Assembly (NCBI GenBank): GCA_001600815.1
Contig: BCKZ01000004.1
Location: 1,143,566-1,207,565 of the forward strand
Reading direction: 5' to 3'
Source of the DNA: Alloascoidea hylecoeti
Taxonomy: Eukaryota
DNA: 64,000 nt
A program made the position numbers and the translations under genes. Below, in pieces: positions 47,616 to 58,364 of this stretch. Each line of letters begins with the position of its first letter. The first letter of the stretch is position 1. The notes beneath the pieces were generated by a model that had not been told where the DNA came from, ran no database searches, and saw only the letters and a program-made list of their open reading frames with translations.

Positions 47616-48125
47616 ATGTCATTTGTTACAAATAACGATCCAGTTGGAATATCAATCAATATAATCAAAAAATTCTTTGAATTTATAGATGATCCATTAT
47701 TATCATCAGTAACAAATAATATTCCAGCAATTTTAATTGAACAAGCTCCAATTGTTTTCAATGGTAATCCAATAAATGGTAGAGATCAATTTATAATTTT
47801 TTTACAAGAAGCATTAATATTATGTCAACATTCATTATCAAATTATGATGTTCATATTTTACCTGATTTAAGCTTACCAATAGGTGTTGGTTCAACAACT
47901 GGTAGAAAAACAAGTGCAGTTGTTTCTGGTAAAGTTCGATTTGATGAAAATGGGAAAAGAAGAAAAGATTTACAAGGAATTTCAACACCAACAAATATAA
48001 TGCCAAATAGAACAAATTGGTATACTTTTTGTGCAAATTTAATCATTGATTATAATACAAATATGATTGATTCATTTAATTACAGAATTGTTTATAAACC
48101 AGAAGATTCAATAATTACAATCTAA
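47616..48125 (+). CDS. MTR2: mRNA export factor Mtr2 (NTF2-like)
   Basis: IVFNGNPI, QHSLSNYDVHILP, SGKVRFDENG and IDSFNYRIVYKPED. Confidence 0.8.
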   Translation: MSFVTNNDPVGISINIIKKFFEFIDDPLLSSVTNNIPAILIEQAPIVFNGNPINGRDQFIIFLQEALILCQHSLSNYDVHILPDLSLPIGVGSTTGRKTSAVVSGKVRFDENGKRRKDLQGISTPTNIMPNRTNWYTFCANLIIDYNTNMIDSFNYRIVYKPEDSIITI

Positions 48126-48160
48126 TACTTTTTTTAGTATGCATATATTTATATTTCATA

Positions 48161-49387
48161 TCATATTTCTATAAATAATAGAACAATTCTACTAATAACA
48201 CCAGCTGCAAATAAACAAATCGTAGACAGCAATAATAATAGCATAGTTAAAGTACTCATATTACTTGTAATATGAACAATACCTAATTCAACATATTCAT
48301 CTCTAACTCTATCAATTAAAGCTAAATTTAAACAAGCACCAACACCAAGTAAACAACAACCAAAGATTGAAATAAGTCTCATTGATAATAAGATTTCTTT
48401 TGGCCAATGTCTATTAACAGCTTCTGTAAAATATGCAATTTCAATAATAAATGAAATTGTTATTAATATCATTCCAGTTATATCAAAACCTTTAATTAAA
48501 TCGAAAAATAATCTAACTTTTGAATCATAATGTCTATAACCAAAATCAGAAGCAATTTTTAAAATTTGACTTCTTGTTTTAATATCATTAATTTCAAATT
48601 CATCTAATAATACATCAATTAAATTAAAATGAAAACTTGGTTTTGGTTTTGAACAATAAGTTATTTTTTTTTCAATTTCATAACGCATTATTCCATTTCT
48701 ATCAGTATTTGGTATTTCATGAATTAAATTAATACCTTTACAATATCTCCATAAACCAATATAATAAAAATCACCAAATCTTGAACGGATATAATCTATT
48801 GCATTTTCGGTATTTATATTTAAATCAATATTTGATTTTGAATTTGATTTTAGATTTGATTTTAGATTTGAAGTTTGGAAATCAATTGGATAGTTAACCG
48901 CTCTTTGTACATCTAAAGTTTCCAACATTTCTTGAACCATTATATTCATGAATTCAGCAACACTTATGGTATCCATTACACTAGCAACTAAATTAGAAGC
49001 TTCTTTAACGATATCAAGATATTCATTATTAAAATCTAATTCAACGACAACGTGGTAAAAGGTATTTAATTGTTCAGTACTATAACTGATAGAAGGTATA
49101 ATAGAATTTATATTATTACTGTAAGGGTAGTTTATATTAATAGATTGTCTTTGTCCCAAACCACGTAATTGAAAAGCTGTAAAAAAAACTCCAATAACTC
49201 CTAATACTGGAGATAGCCATATTAAACACAGCATGAAGCCTTTAAATCCTAAGCTAATTGCAGGGCCTATTTTTGAAAATGAAGTTTTGCATCGATTGGA
49301 AAGTATTTCTGAAAGTGAAGGTGGGTTTATAGGCGTTTTTTCTGCACATTTTTGCTCAAGTTTTGGTTTTATCTCTGTTTCTGGCAT
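48161..49387 (-). CDS. SUR7/PalI-family multi-pass membrane protein
   Basis: N-terminal TM, extracellular loop with DFYYIGLWRYCKG...YCSKPKPSFHFN (claudin-like GLWxxC motif), then three C-terminal TM helices. Confidence 0.7.
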   Translation of the reverse strand: MPETEIKPKLEQKCAEKTPINPPSLSEILSNRCKTSFSKIGPAISLGFKGFMLCLIWLSPVLGVIGVFFTAFQLRGLGQRQSININYPYSNNINSIIPSISYSTEQLNTFYHVVVELDFNNEYLDIVKEASNLVASVMDTISVAEFMNIMVQEMLETLDVQRAVNYPIDFQTSNLKSNLKSNSKSNIDLNINTENAIDYIRSRFGDFYYIGLWRYCKGINLIHEIPNTDRNGIMRYEIEKKITYCSKPKPSFHFNLIDVLLDEFEINDIKTRSQILKIASDFGYRHYDSKVRLFFDLIKGFDITGMILITISFIIEIAYFTEAVNRHWPKEILLSMRLISIFGCCLLGVGACLNLALIDRVRDEYVELGIVHITSNMSTLTMLLLLLSTICLFAAGVISRIVLLFIEI

Positions 49388-49582
49388 ACCTTTTTTTATT
49401 TATTTGTTTGTTTAATAGATATTCGTAGCTGGTTTGATTGTTTTTTTGTTTGATTTCAATTTTCCGTTTAAAAGGTGTTTGTGTTGTGGCTCTAATTACA
49501 CGGCCGGTATAGTATCTACGCCAATTTTAAAAATACTCTAAACAACACCATCGCCATCAAACATCTTCATAGGCACAAAGAT

Positions 49583-52303
49583 ATGGATCAGATAGCTGAA
49601 GCTGAAAGCGAAACCGGAACTTCTTCAGAAACAACACCTCTTTTAACGGTACCACCGGCACCACCACAAACCACAGCTGATCAACATGAAAACATAAATA
49701 GTTCCAAGCCCCGCTCCTTAATAAGTGCTCTTCGTGATATAATCATTACTGATGATGATCTGTATAATCGAATATTGACACATAAATTATGGATAATTAC
49801 ACGAAATTTCTTTTACATATTAGTATGGTTGCTCTTGATAGGTTTAGTACTAAAAGTTTCATATACTTGTTATTTCTTTGGATCAAGAGCTAAAACAATA
49901 ATGACCCAATCAACAGATATTAATATAAATCAATTTTTAATAAATTCATTTGATTCAAATGGTATTGAAGTTGAAATAAATTCAGAAATATTTGAAAATT
50001 ATGATAATTTAAAAGATAATAATACAAAAAATGGATGGATTAAAATTACAAATTTAATTAAAAAATTTAAATTAAGTTTTAATAATGAAATTCAATTATA
50101 TGGTGAAAATAATATAAATAATAATGAAAATGAAATGATTCATTTAATTGATTTATCACCACCTGAAGATATAATAATTTATCTTCAAAATAAGCAAACT
50201 TCATTTATTAATTTAAAAACTATTATTAAACCTTCAAATGATTTTGAAAAATTAAATCGTTTTATAATGGAAATTGTTAAATCTTTACAAAATGATAAAA
50301 ATTCTAAAAAAAATAATAAAAATTTACCAATTATTTCGACTAAATTAAAAACTAGAATGGGTTTTAGTATATGGAATTTACCAATACTTGGTTCATTTCC
50401 AGTTGCAATAAAACACCAAATTGATGTTAAAAAAGAGTTAAAACAAATTGATAATTTAAATTTTAATATTTCTGATATACAAATAATAACAGATGAAAAT
50501 GAAGATACTATTCAAACAACTGCTATTTTCCATTTATATAATTATATTCCTTTTCAATTTAAAGTTCCTAGTTTGGAATGGGATATACTTTTAAAAGGAT
50601 GTAATGATGATGATTTAATTAAAACAGTTCAAGTTGCTACTAGTGAGTTTGAAACAGGATCGAGAGAAGGTATTTCAATTAACATACTTGGGCTTTTGAA
50701 TCAATTACCAAATGAATTGCTAAACAATTGTGATAATAGTTCCTTTTCACCATTAGATGGTTTACTCGAAAGCTTTCAAAATGGTGATAATTTACCAATA
50801 TTCCTTCGATATAGGGAACCGGAAAAAACACCAAGATTAGATATTCCAAATTGGTTATCTGATTTATTAACTTCAATGACTATTCCTATACCTATCTCTT
50901 TATCAGATTTAAAAGATTTTTTTGATGCTGGTGATAATTTAATTGACGATGTTGATATTTCAAACTTGGGTATAAAGCTCCCTTCACAACCAAATGAAAG
51001 ACCAAAAATATCTGCTCATGTAAATATCAGAGCCAATTTACCAATTGATATTTCAATTCCAGTTTTTGTTGACAAAATAAAAGGAATATCTGATTTATAC
51101 TATAAAGATGAACAATTTGCATCATTAAATATGTCTGAATGGATCCCAACAGAAACAACATATACTAATAATAGTAAAGTTATACTTGATTTTGATGTTA
51201 ATGAAATTCCATTAAATATAACTGATAGTTTAGTTTTTCAAAAAGTTATTTCAAAATTAGCAAATACCGGAAATGTTGATATCAATGTTAAAGCAATACT
51301 CGATTCTTACATTTCAACTCCTATTGGTGATTTAACTTTACATGATTTAAAAGTATCATCAGGATCAAAAATTGAAACAGATATTCAAAATATTGTTAAT
51401 TCATTAGATGTTGGTGTTCAAGATATTTTATTAACTAAATCATCAATTGATTCTGCAAAATTTATGGTTATTGCAAATGTTATGAATCCAACAAATTTAT
51501 CAATTTCATTACCATATTTTAATGTTTTTATAAAATATAATAATGAAACTATTATTAATGTTATAATTAAAGATTGTGAAATTTTAAAAGGTGAATCATT
51601 TATTGCTATTTTACAAGTTATTTTTAATCCAAAGAGTGAACATATTAAATCAGATGTAATTGAAACAAATGGACATGGTACAACTACTGATGAGTTTATT
51701 GCAATTGAAGAAATTTTAAGTAAAATCATATCACAAACTGATTTTAATATTACTATAATGACTCATGAAAATAGTTTCCCAATATATCCTGATTTATCAA
51801 AAGCATTAAGTGGTATTGGATTAACAATTCCATTTCCTAAATATAAAAGAGATTCAAACCATAATGAGGAAAATATTAAATCATCATCTTTATGGACGAT
51901 TCCATTCTTATCAGATTCTGATGATGATGATAAAAAAAATAAGAATGAATTTATAATTGGTACAACAATGCATGTATTATCATCAGATGTTGAATTTATT
52001 TTATTTAATCCAATATCAAATTCAAATATAAATGCAAAAGTTATTCGTGCTGTTGCGAGTTATGAAGGCACAGAAGTTGGTTATGTTGAAAATACACCAA
52101 CTTTAATTATAACGCCAGGTATTTATAAATCTCCAAGATTAGCAATTACTTATGCAAAAGGGATTTATTCCGATGTTTTACGGAAGGCGATTAATGGAAA
52201 ATTGGCTATTGATACTATTGCTTATATTGTTGCTGAATTGGGGGAATTTAAAGTAGATTTAGTATATCAAGGTAATGAAGTTGAAGCTGATATTAGATGG
52301 TGA
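49583..52303 (+). CDS. Type II membrane protein, Tag1/YLR173W-like, probably vacuolar
   Basis: Acidic dileucine-like SETTPLL, a single TM near aa 75-98, then a long beta-rich lumenal region with NPTNLSISLPY, IIGTTMHVLSS and PGIYKSPRL. Confidence 0.6.
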   Translation: MDQIAEAESETGTSSETTPLLTVPPAPPQTTADQHENINSSKPRSLISALRDIIITDDDLYNRILTHKLWIITRNFFYILVWLLLIGLVLKVSYTCYFFGSRAKTIMTQSTDININQFLINSFDSNGIEVEINSEIFENYDNLKDNNTKNGWIKITNLIKKFKLSFNNEIQLYGENNINNNENEMIHLIDLSPPEDIIIYLQNKQTSFINLKTIIKPSNDFEKLNRFIMEIVKSLQNDKNSKKNNKNLPIISTKLKTRMGFSIWNLPILGSFPVAIKHQIDVKKELKQIDNLNFNISDIQIITDENEDTIQTTAIFHLYNYIPFQFKVPSLEWDILLKGCNDDDLIKTVQVATSEFETGSREGISINILGLLNQLPNELLNNCDNSSFSPLDGLLESFQNGDNLPIFLRYREPEKTPRLDIPNWLSDLLTSMTIPIPISLSDLKDFFDAGDNLIDDVDISNLGIKLPSQPNERPKISAHVNIRANLPIDISIPVFVDKIKGISDLYYKDEQFASLNMSEWIPTETTYTNNSKVILDFDVNEIPLNITDSLVFQKVISKLANTGNVDINVKAILDSYISTPIGDLTLHDLKVSSGSKIETDIQNIVNSLDVGVQDILLTKSSIDSAKFMVIANVMNPTNLSISLPYFNVFIKYNNETIINVIIKDCEILKGESFIAILQVIFNPKSEHIKSDVIETNGHGTTTDEFIAIEEILSKIISQTDFNITIMTHENSFPIYPDLSKALSGIGLTIPFPKYKRDSNHNEENIKSSSLWTIPFLSDSDDDDKKNKNEFIIGTTMHVLSSDVEFILFNPISNSNINAKVIRAVASYEGTEVGYVENTPTLIITPGIYKSPRLAITYAKGIYSDVLRKAINGKLAIDTIAYIVAELGEFKVDLVYQGNEVEADIRW

Positions 52304-52624
52304 AAGCTTTACTTTTTTTTTGAATCTACCTATTTTTAAAATTGTGATGTTTCTTCATACACATGATTTTTTTAAACTTATTTATTTTTGAAGGAACTTT
52401 TTTTACGGGATCAAGTAGCTATTTTTTTGCAATTGATTAATGGTGTTTTTTTTTTATGTGACCAGTGAATGAAATATATGTAAGAATGTTACTGTTAGTG
52501 TGAACGACATATAATTAATATTGTTTGTTTTATATACAGATATAGTAAAAATCAAAATCAAAAACTTTTTTTTCTTTTATATATATGCTTTCATATAATA
52601 TGCATCAATTTCAATTGGTTTTAC

Positions 52625-53584
52625 TTAACCAGGTGGTAATTGAGTTACATCAACCTGTTCAACGGCTTGTTCAGGCATTTCATCTTCACTAGATTCTAAT
52701 TGTGCCCTTGTTAATGCCATCATACCACTTCTAGCAACTTCCAAAACACCAAAAGGATGTAATAATTTCAAAAATGCAGAGATTCTACTTGGTTTAGCTG
52801 ATAATTCAACAATACAATTCCTATCTGAAATATCCAAAACTTTACCATGGAATTGTTCAGCTAAATTTGAAATTGCATTTAAATGAGCATGTCGTTGTCT
52901 TAAGGCTTCACTAGCTGGTAAATTCCGAGGATTATATTTTTCAGCTTCACTATGTTCATCATTAACATGATATTTTGCTTCAATTTCTGGATCATGAGCT
53001 TGAGCCTCGGCAATTGCATTTTGATGACTATCAACCAATTCTCTAAAATGTTCTGGTCCTAATAATGAAACTCTTGCAAGGAGTAATTCACGTTTTACAG
53101 TATCAGCTTTTGTATAATCCAAAACCGCCCAAACGGGGACTAAATCTTCAACTTGTCTTCTTGCCTGTTCAACAACACCATCTTGACCTTGCATAACAAT
53201 GGTCATTCGAGATAAATTTTTCACTTCAGTACTACAAACAACTAAAGAATCGATGTTAAACCCTCTTGCTGCTAAAGTTCCTGAAACACGAGACAAAACA
53301 CCAGGATCATTTTCAACAAGACAAACCAAAACATGTCCGAAATAGCTTGAAGTGTCAGGAGCAGGGCTTTCATATAAAATAGAAGAAACCGCACCTTCAA
53401 CAGACCAATTTGAAGTTTCAATGGTTGGTAATGGAGGAACTTGTTTTTGATGACGAAGTTTATATGCAATAGCAGATCCTGGTGTTCCATTACTATAATA
53501 ATGTTTCTGTTTTATAGATAAACCTATTTTATTGAAAGATCTTGTTAGAGACCTAAATCTGACTTTTCTCGTAATTCCAATCAT
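52625..53584 (-). CDS. ILV6: Acetolactate synthase small (regulatory) subunit, mitochondrial
   Basis: CLVENDPGVLSRVSGTLAARGFNIDSLVV, VVEQARRQ, RELLLARVS, EVARSGMMAL and terminal LPPG, with a basic presequence. ATG at 53584. Confidence 0.96.
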   Translation of the reverse strand: MIGITRKVRFRSLTRSFNKIGLSIKQKHYYSNGTPGSAIAYKLRHQKQVPPLPTIETSNWSVEGAVSSILYESPAPDTSSYFGHVLVCLVENDPGVLSRVSGTLAARGFNIDSLVVCSTEVKNLSRMTIVMQGQDGVVEQARRQVEDLVPVWAVLDYTKADTVKRELLLARVSLLGPEHFRELVDSHQNAIAEAQAHDPEIEAKYHVNDEHSEAEKYNPRNLPASEALRQRHAHLNAISNLAEQFHGKVLDISDRNCIVELSAKPSRISAFLKLLHPFGVLEVARSGMMALTRAQLESSEDEMPEQAVEQVDVTQLPPG

Positions 53585-53666
53585 TTTTGAATGCCTAAAA
53601 CCAAAAATATTAAGAATCACAAAAAAAGAGGTTATTAGAGATTTTATATTAATTAGGTTAATTTGG

Positions 53667-53747
53667 TGACTAATTTTTCAGAACAAATATTATGTGGAGA
53701 AAATAGGAAATTGTATGTCACGTGTGATGGGCATATTGATTACCCGG
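53667..53747. promoter_or_regulatory. Divergent ILV6/KH promoter with TGACTAA, GTCACGTG (Cbf1-type) and TTACCCGG (Reb1-type) motifs
   Basis: Motifs at 53667, 53717 and 53740 within a 238-bp divergent spacer. Confidence 0.5.
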
Positions 53748-53822
53748 ACCGGTGTTTTCTTCCTCCCAATTTTTCCTGGGAAAATTAACAAATCTTGATT
53801 CCCAGGTACACCTACAATATTA

Positions 53823-55523
53823 ATGGTAGACGATATTATCAGCAGAAGTGAAAAGCGAACATCTTCCAGTTTATCAAGGAAAAGCAGCTCATATAGGGAC
53901 AGGGATAAAGATAAAGAATCAACTAGAGAATGGGACAGAGAACGGGAACGCGACAGGCATCGTGACAGAAACAGAGACAGAGACAGAGACAGAGATCGAC
54001 GTCTTCGCGATAGAGAGCACGAAAGAAGTACAAGCAGAAGAAGAGGTGATAGGAGGAGACATAGACACCGAGCTGAAGATTACTACGATGATAAAAGACG
54101 AGAAAGCGAAGGGGGTAGGGACGAAGACAGAGATCGGAAAAGAAGACACAGAAATTCTAGTAGGTCTTCAGAAAAGCCATCCGGAACTGGTGCCAATGGT
54201 ACAAATGTTTCTCTTAATTCGGTGTCAAAAGAATCCAATCAACCTATTGTCACACCACCAAAACTAGATCCTGTCGCTATTGCAGCTCAGGCAGCTGCCA
54301 GAATTAATGCTCAGTTAAAGACGAGATCTAATTCAGGTTCACAACCTTTAAATACAATAAACAAGAATGTTACCATACCTGCTTCTAGTACTTCTGCTCT
54401 GACTTTGGAAAGTTCAACACAAGCCTCTACCGCTAAGCCAAATTTGCCAACATCTATTTCCAGTCTGGAACCATTTAGTAAAAACATCGAAATAAATGAT
54501 TTACGGAATCGTTATTTATTAACGAAGGGTCCAACTCAAGATGAAATTAAAAATGAGACAGGGGCAGTTGTTACAACAAGAGGTAGATATTATCCTGATA
54601 AATCATTAGCAACAGATAAAGATCCTCCTTTATTTCTACATGTTGTTGCACAAACACAAGAATCATTAGATAAAGGTATTGCTAAAATTGATGACCTTCT
54701 AAAAAAAGATTTAGGTGATTTGGTTGATCCAACTCGTTTTATAAGGAAAGATTTCCAAAAAGAACGTGAAGAAAGGCATGAAGAAAATTTTAAAAGAAAT
54801 AGATTTGAAGAAAAAATACTATTAAATATGGATTTCTTACCTGGTTTTAATCTTCGTTTTAAAGTTGTAGGTCCAGGAGGTGAAAATGTTAAACATATTT
54901 ATAATAAAACAGGTGCAAGAGTTCAAATTAAGGGTCGTAATTCAGGTTTTATTGAAAGAGATACAGGCCTAGAAGAAGATGTTCCATCTTATATTCATAT
55001 TTTTGGAAATGATGAAGAACAAGTTAAAGAAGCGACTGTAATGACAAATGATTTAGTTGGTTTTGTTCAAAAAGAGTATGAAATATTTAAACAACGAAAT
55101 CCTAACTTTAGTGATTCTAACTCTATTAACGTTCATGGGCATCGAAACTACAACAATGATAATAATGGGGGTAAGAATAGTTATGGGATTGGGTATAGAA
55201 ATCAAAGCCCAGGTTATAATCCACATCGTGGGTATTCAAATGGATCAGGACAATACGGACAACCAAGTCACGGTTATAATTCGTCTGTGCCATTAAATGG
55301 TTCAAATCAAGTTAGGTCTCCAAATTTTCAGCCCTTTGTTCGAGCTACTCCTCCAAGTGGATCACCTCCCATGTCTCTTGCTCCTCCTCCACTGACAATT
55401 CCTTTATCGATACCGACCACCCCTGCTGCTCCCAAGACCCCCCATCCTCCACCACCACCAGGTCCACCAGGTCCACCTCCACCAGCTTCAAGGCCACCTC
55501 CACCTCCGCCTCCTAGATCATAA
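53823..55523 (+). CDS. KH-domain RNA-binding protein, KHDC4/BLOM7-like, with RD/RE-rich N-terminus and Pro-rich C-terminus
   Basis: AAQAAARINAQL, IEINDLRNRYLLTKGPTQ, TGAVVTTRGRYYPD, PPLFLHV, FNLRFKVVGPGGENVKHI and ARVQIKGRNSGFIE. Confidence 0.85.
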   Translation: MVDDIISRSEKRTSSSLSRKSSSYRDRDKDKESTREWDRERERDRHRDRNRDRDRDRDRRLRDREHERSTSRRRGDRRRHRHRAEDYYDDKRRESEGGRDEDRDRKRRHRNSSRSSEKPSGTGANGTNVSLNSVSKESNQPIVTPPKLDPVAIAAQAAARINAQLKTRSNSGSQPLNTINKNVTIPASSTSALTLESSTQASTAKPNLPTSISSLEPFSKNIEINDLRNRYLLTKGPTQDEIKNETGAVVTTRGRYYPDKSLATDKDPPLFLHVVAQTQESLDKGIAKIDDLLKKDLGDLVDPTRFIRKDFQKEREERHEENFKRNRFEEKILLNMDFLPGFNLRFKVVGPGGENVKHIYNKTGARVQIKGRNSGFIERDTGLEEDVPSYIHIFGNDEEQVKEATVMTNDLVGFVQKEYEIFKQRNPNFSDSNSINVHGHRNYNNDNNGGKNSYGIGYRNQSPGYNPHRGYSNGSGQYGQPSHGYNSSVPLNGSNQVRSPNFQPFVRATPPSGSPPMSLAPPPLTIPLSIPTTPAAPKTPHPPPPPGPPGPPPPASRPPPPPPPRS

Positions 55524-56002
55524 TCATGTTTCGTTAACCTGCTAATAATTTTTTGTTTCATTGCTGTGAGTATTATCATATATATAAATCATCAATATCT
55601 TTTAAACAATTAATTTTTGAATACCTTAACGCATGTCTAGATCTAGGTGTCTATCTTTATCAATAACTAATAAGTTAATCAGAGTTAAAAGTCAACATAA
55701 TTTTTTTCAAATAAAAATTAAAGTTAGAAGAGAAGTAAGTAGATTATTATAATTAATATTTGATTATGAATAAAATAATGGTTTTGATCTTGACTGTCAT
55801 ATCTTTTAGTTTCACTTGATAAATCACTAAAAGAAATGCTCTACCTTTACATAAATAAAATGTATTAATAAGGGTTTAGGGTTATATAATTAATTAGAAT
55901 AAAAATCTTGATATGTAGAAGATCTATATTATAATATCATTTATATTATACTTATTGTAGCCCATCACTATGAGTAGTTGTTTCTCCTACCGAGTAATTA
56001 AC

Positions 56003-56068
56003 ATCAAAACAAGTTGACTATCAATCATAGGCACTTGTAGTAAGGATTGATAGTCAACTTGTTTTGAT
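56003..56068. repeat. Perfect 24-bp inverted repeat with an 18-nt loop
   Basis: ATCAAAACAAGTTGACTATCAATC (56003..56026) and GATTGATAGTCAACTTGTTTTGAT (56045..56068). Confidence 0.95.
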
Positions 56069-56231
56069 TTAATTGACCTAACATAAGTACTTTCCATAGA
56101 CGTGATATCAGAGGTAGTTCAATAGTTTAATAAAATCAAACCTCACACAGATAATGTGTCATCAAACGATGAGTTTGTAGTTTGGAGACCATGTGTCAAA
56201 AGGGGTCATAACCTTAGGCATTAAGGTTGCT

Positions 56232-56778
56232 ACCATTTCAACGCCCCCCTCAAGATCTAAATTAAAACCAACATTATTATCTCTATCTTGAATACATTGT
56301 GCACGTTGAGGAACAGTAATTGCTGCTACAAGTGAGTTGTTCAAAATTTCCGGAATAGGTGACTTCATTGCCTTCATCATTGTTAGGTGGTGCAATAGAT
56401 AAAGTTGATGTTATTTCCCGATGACACCACGTTGAAATTATTTGACCAGTTTAATCCTCCAATTGATATTCTGAGGCCTTATAATAGGTCACACCCTCAC
56501 GGTCCCTGTAGTTGAATTATCAGAGTTGTAGCTAGTACAAATTCTTATTCGTATGTATGTGTTGTTTCATTTTGATAATCGGGTCCACAGATTAATGAAT
56601 TTCCAACGAAAAAAGTTGTAGAAGACTCAAAATTCAAAGAAGTATATATTGTTTAATTTGATGCTCCACTTTTCTATGTGATAATTTCATTCCTGAACCA
56701 GAAGACGTCAAAGATATTATGATTAGGAGTCTTAAAAACAACCTTGTACTCTCTCTTTTTCTTAATCATTAGCCTCAT
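56232..56778 (-). pseudogene. Deleted and frameshifted duplicate of the 43770..45284 pepsin-fold gene
   Basis: 56232..56360 matches 43787..43911 (PIPEILNNSL..AITVPQ.AQCIQDRDNNVGFN), then jumps ~880 bp to match 44792..45286. Promoter similarity continues to ~56957. Confidence 0.9.
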
Positions 56779-57436
56779 ATTCATATATTATTGATAATAT
56801 TAAAAGATGTGAGTGGTCGTAAAATATTATTTTTTGATAGCAAGATAATAATAAATTCAACACAAAGGTTTTTAAAATAATATACACGCTAAGCATTTAC
56901 TACTTTTAGAAAGTGTTGTGAAAAAATATGCATAATACCAATTTAGGATTAGACTTGGAATTGGTTAATCCTCTTACAGTATTTGTAACTGGCTCTCCAG
57001 CAATGTTTTCATAAAAACTTTAAATATCCTTGTCGCAGCGGGTTTTACTCTACTCCCCTTCGCTTTTTATTCCATTCTCTTAACAATGTATTTTATACCT
57101 TTCTGTAACTTACAGTTATCGTTTAGTTATGCACTTAATGAAAAAGATTAATTTAGCTCTCATATAACTAGCCGATTATAAGTATATTTTATCGATAGGT
57201 GATTTAAAATTAGTTATACTGTCCATCTGTGTCTTCTTCAAACTGATTTTGTCATTGGATCATTTTAAATTAACTCCACGATTTTGAGTTCACTGGGTTT
57301 AAGTATATCGTTTAATAGTAAACCGAACAGACCTCTTTCTGAAATGTTTTGTACTATCTGGAGATTACCTATAATAAATATTTACATTCGTTCCACCTGA
57401 TATCGTGTATCTTAATGACAATGATATGATGACACA

Positions 57437-57916
57437 ATGAAAATGAAAATACGATATCATTCAATTCTAAGGGGAAACACATTATTAAATAACATAACCA
57501 AAAATGAAGAACTCTCTCGAGTGTTTAATATCATGTTCACAGCTCTCCTCGATGATGCATACAAAAAAGAACCGATTACACCATACATCCCGGAAGTTTT
57601 ATCTGTTTTAGCCCGGGTTCTAGTCCACAATCACGTGATCAGTTACATATTTGGCGTGATGGGGCAACAAACTTTCGCCCTGTGGCCTAAAAATTATCAG
57701 TCATCTTCATTAATTTTTCGCCACCTACAATATAGCTTTCCTCAGGATTTCCAGCTATGGGATACTCCAAGACCCTTTTATAAAGTTTCGTATATAAAAC
57801 ATCAAAAGATTTTTAATGAAAATAATGATGAGTCTTTGAAATCGAGCTCGAGCTCGAACACTTCTGGTTTTTATCAATATACACGCCAAATGTTCAATCG
57901 ATTATGTAGTCGATAA
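57437..57916 (+). CDS. Hypothetical 159-aa ORF, no recognisable motif
   Basis: ATG-initiated 480-bp ORF in an AT-rich background where ORFs this long are uncommon by chance. No homology recognised. Confidence 0.25.
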   Translation: MKMKIRYHSILRGNTLLNNITKNEELSRVFNIMFTALLDDAYKKEPITPYIPEVLSVLARVLVHNHVISYIFGVMGQQTFALWPKNYQSSSLIFRHLQYSFPQDFQLWDTPRPFYKVSYIKHQKIFNENNDESLKSSSSSNTSGFYQYTRQMFNRLCSR

Positions 57917-58364
57917 CTATTCAACAACATGGCCGAACATTAGGGTATCTAGTTTCTGAATATTTGTCGCTGAAAACATGTAGAGTGACTGTATATGATT
58001 TATAGTTAACGTATGGACCAAAGTAAGTAAGGCCATCTGTGCTCCCTTTGAAGTTTACCCCGCCTCACATTTGAATACTTTATAACTACGGTGTTTGACT
58101 AATGTTAACGAGCACCGGGGTCAGATCTTGATAACCAATATTGCTCGGTTATGATGATTTTTGAAAGGTTGGAATTCCCTAGTTAATACATTCATATAAT
58201 CGATCATGCCTGCTGAGTCATTATAACATGAGGCCAAAAGAGCTGCAAGAGAACCCCCGTACCTTATTAAGCTTAACTATAAACCTTCTAGCTACCTTTT
58301 CACTCCTCCATATATCAAGATTAAACCGATAAATTGGGGGGTTTTTCGTTCATTTAATCAGATA

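Noticed and set aside
58140..58225. Possible box C/D snoRNA (ATGATGA...CTGA) or rRNA-like fragments
   Set aside because: No convincing terminal stem or rRNA-complementary guide could be identified; such short motifs are expected by chance.
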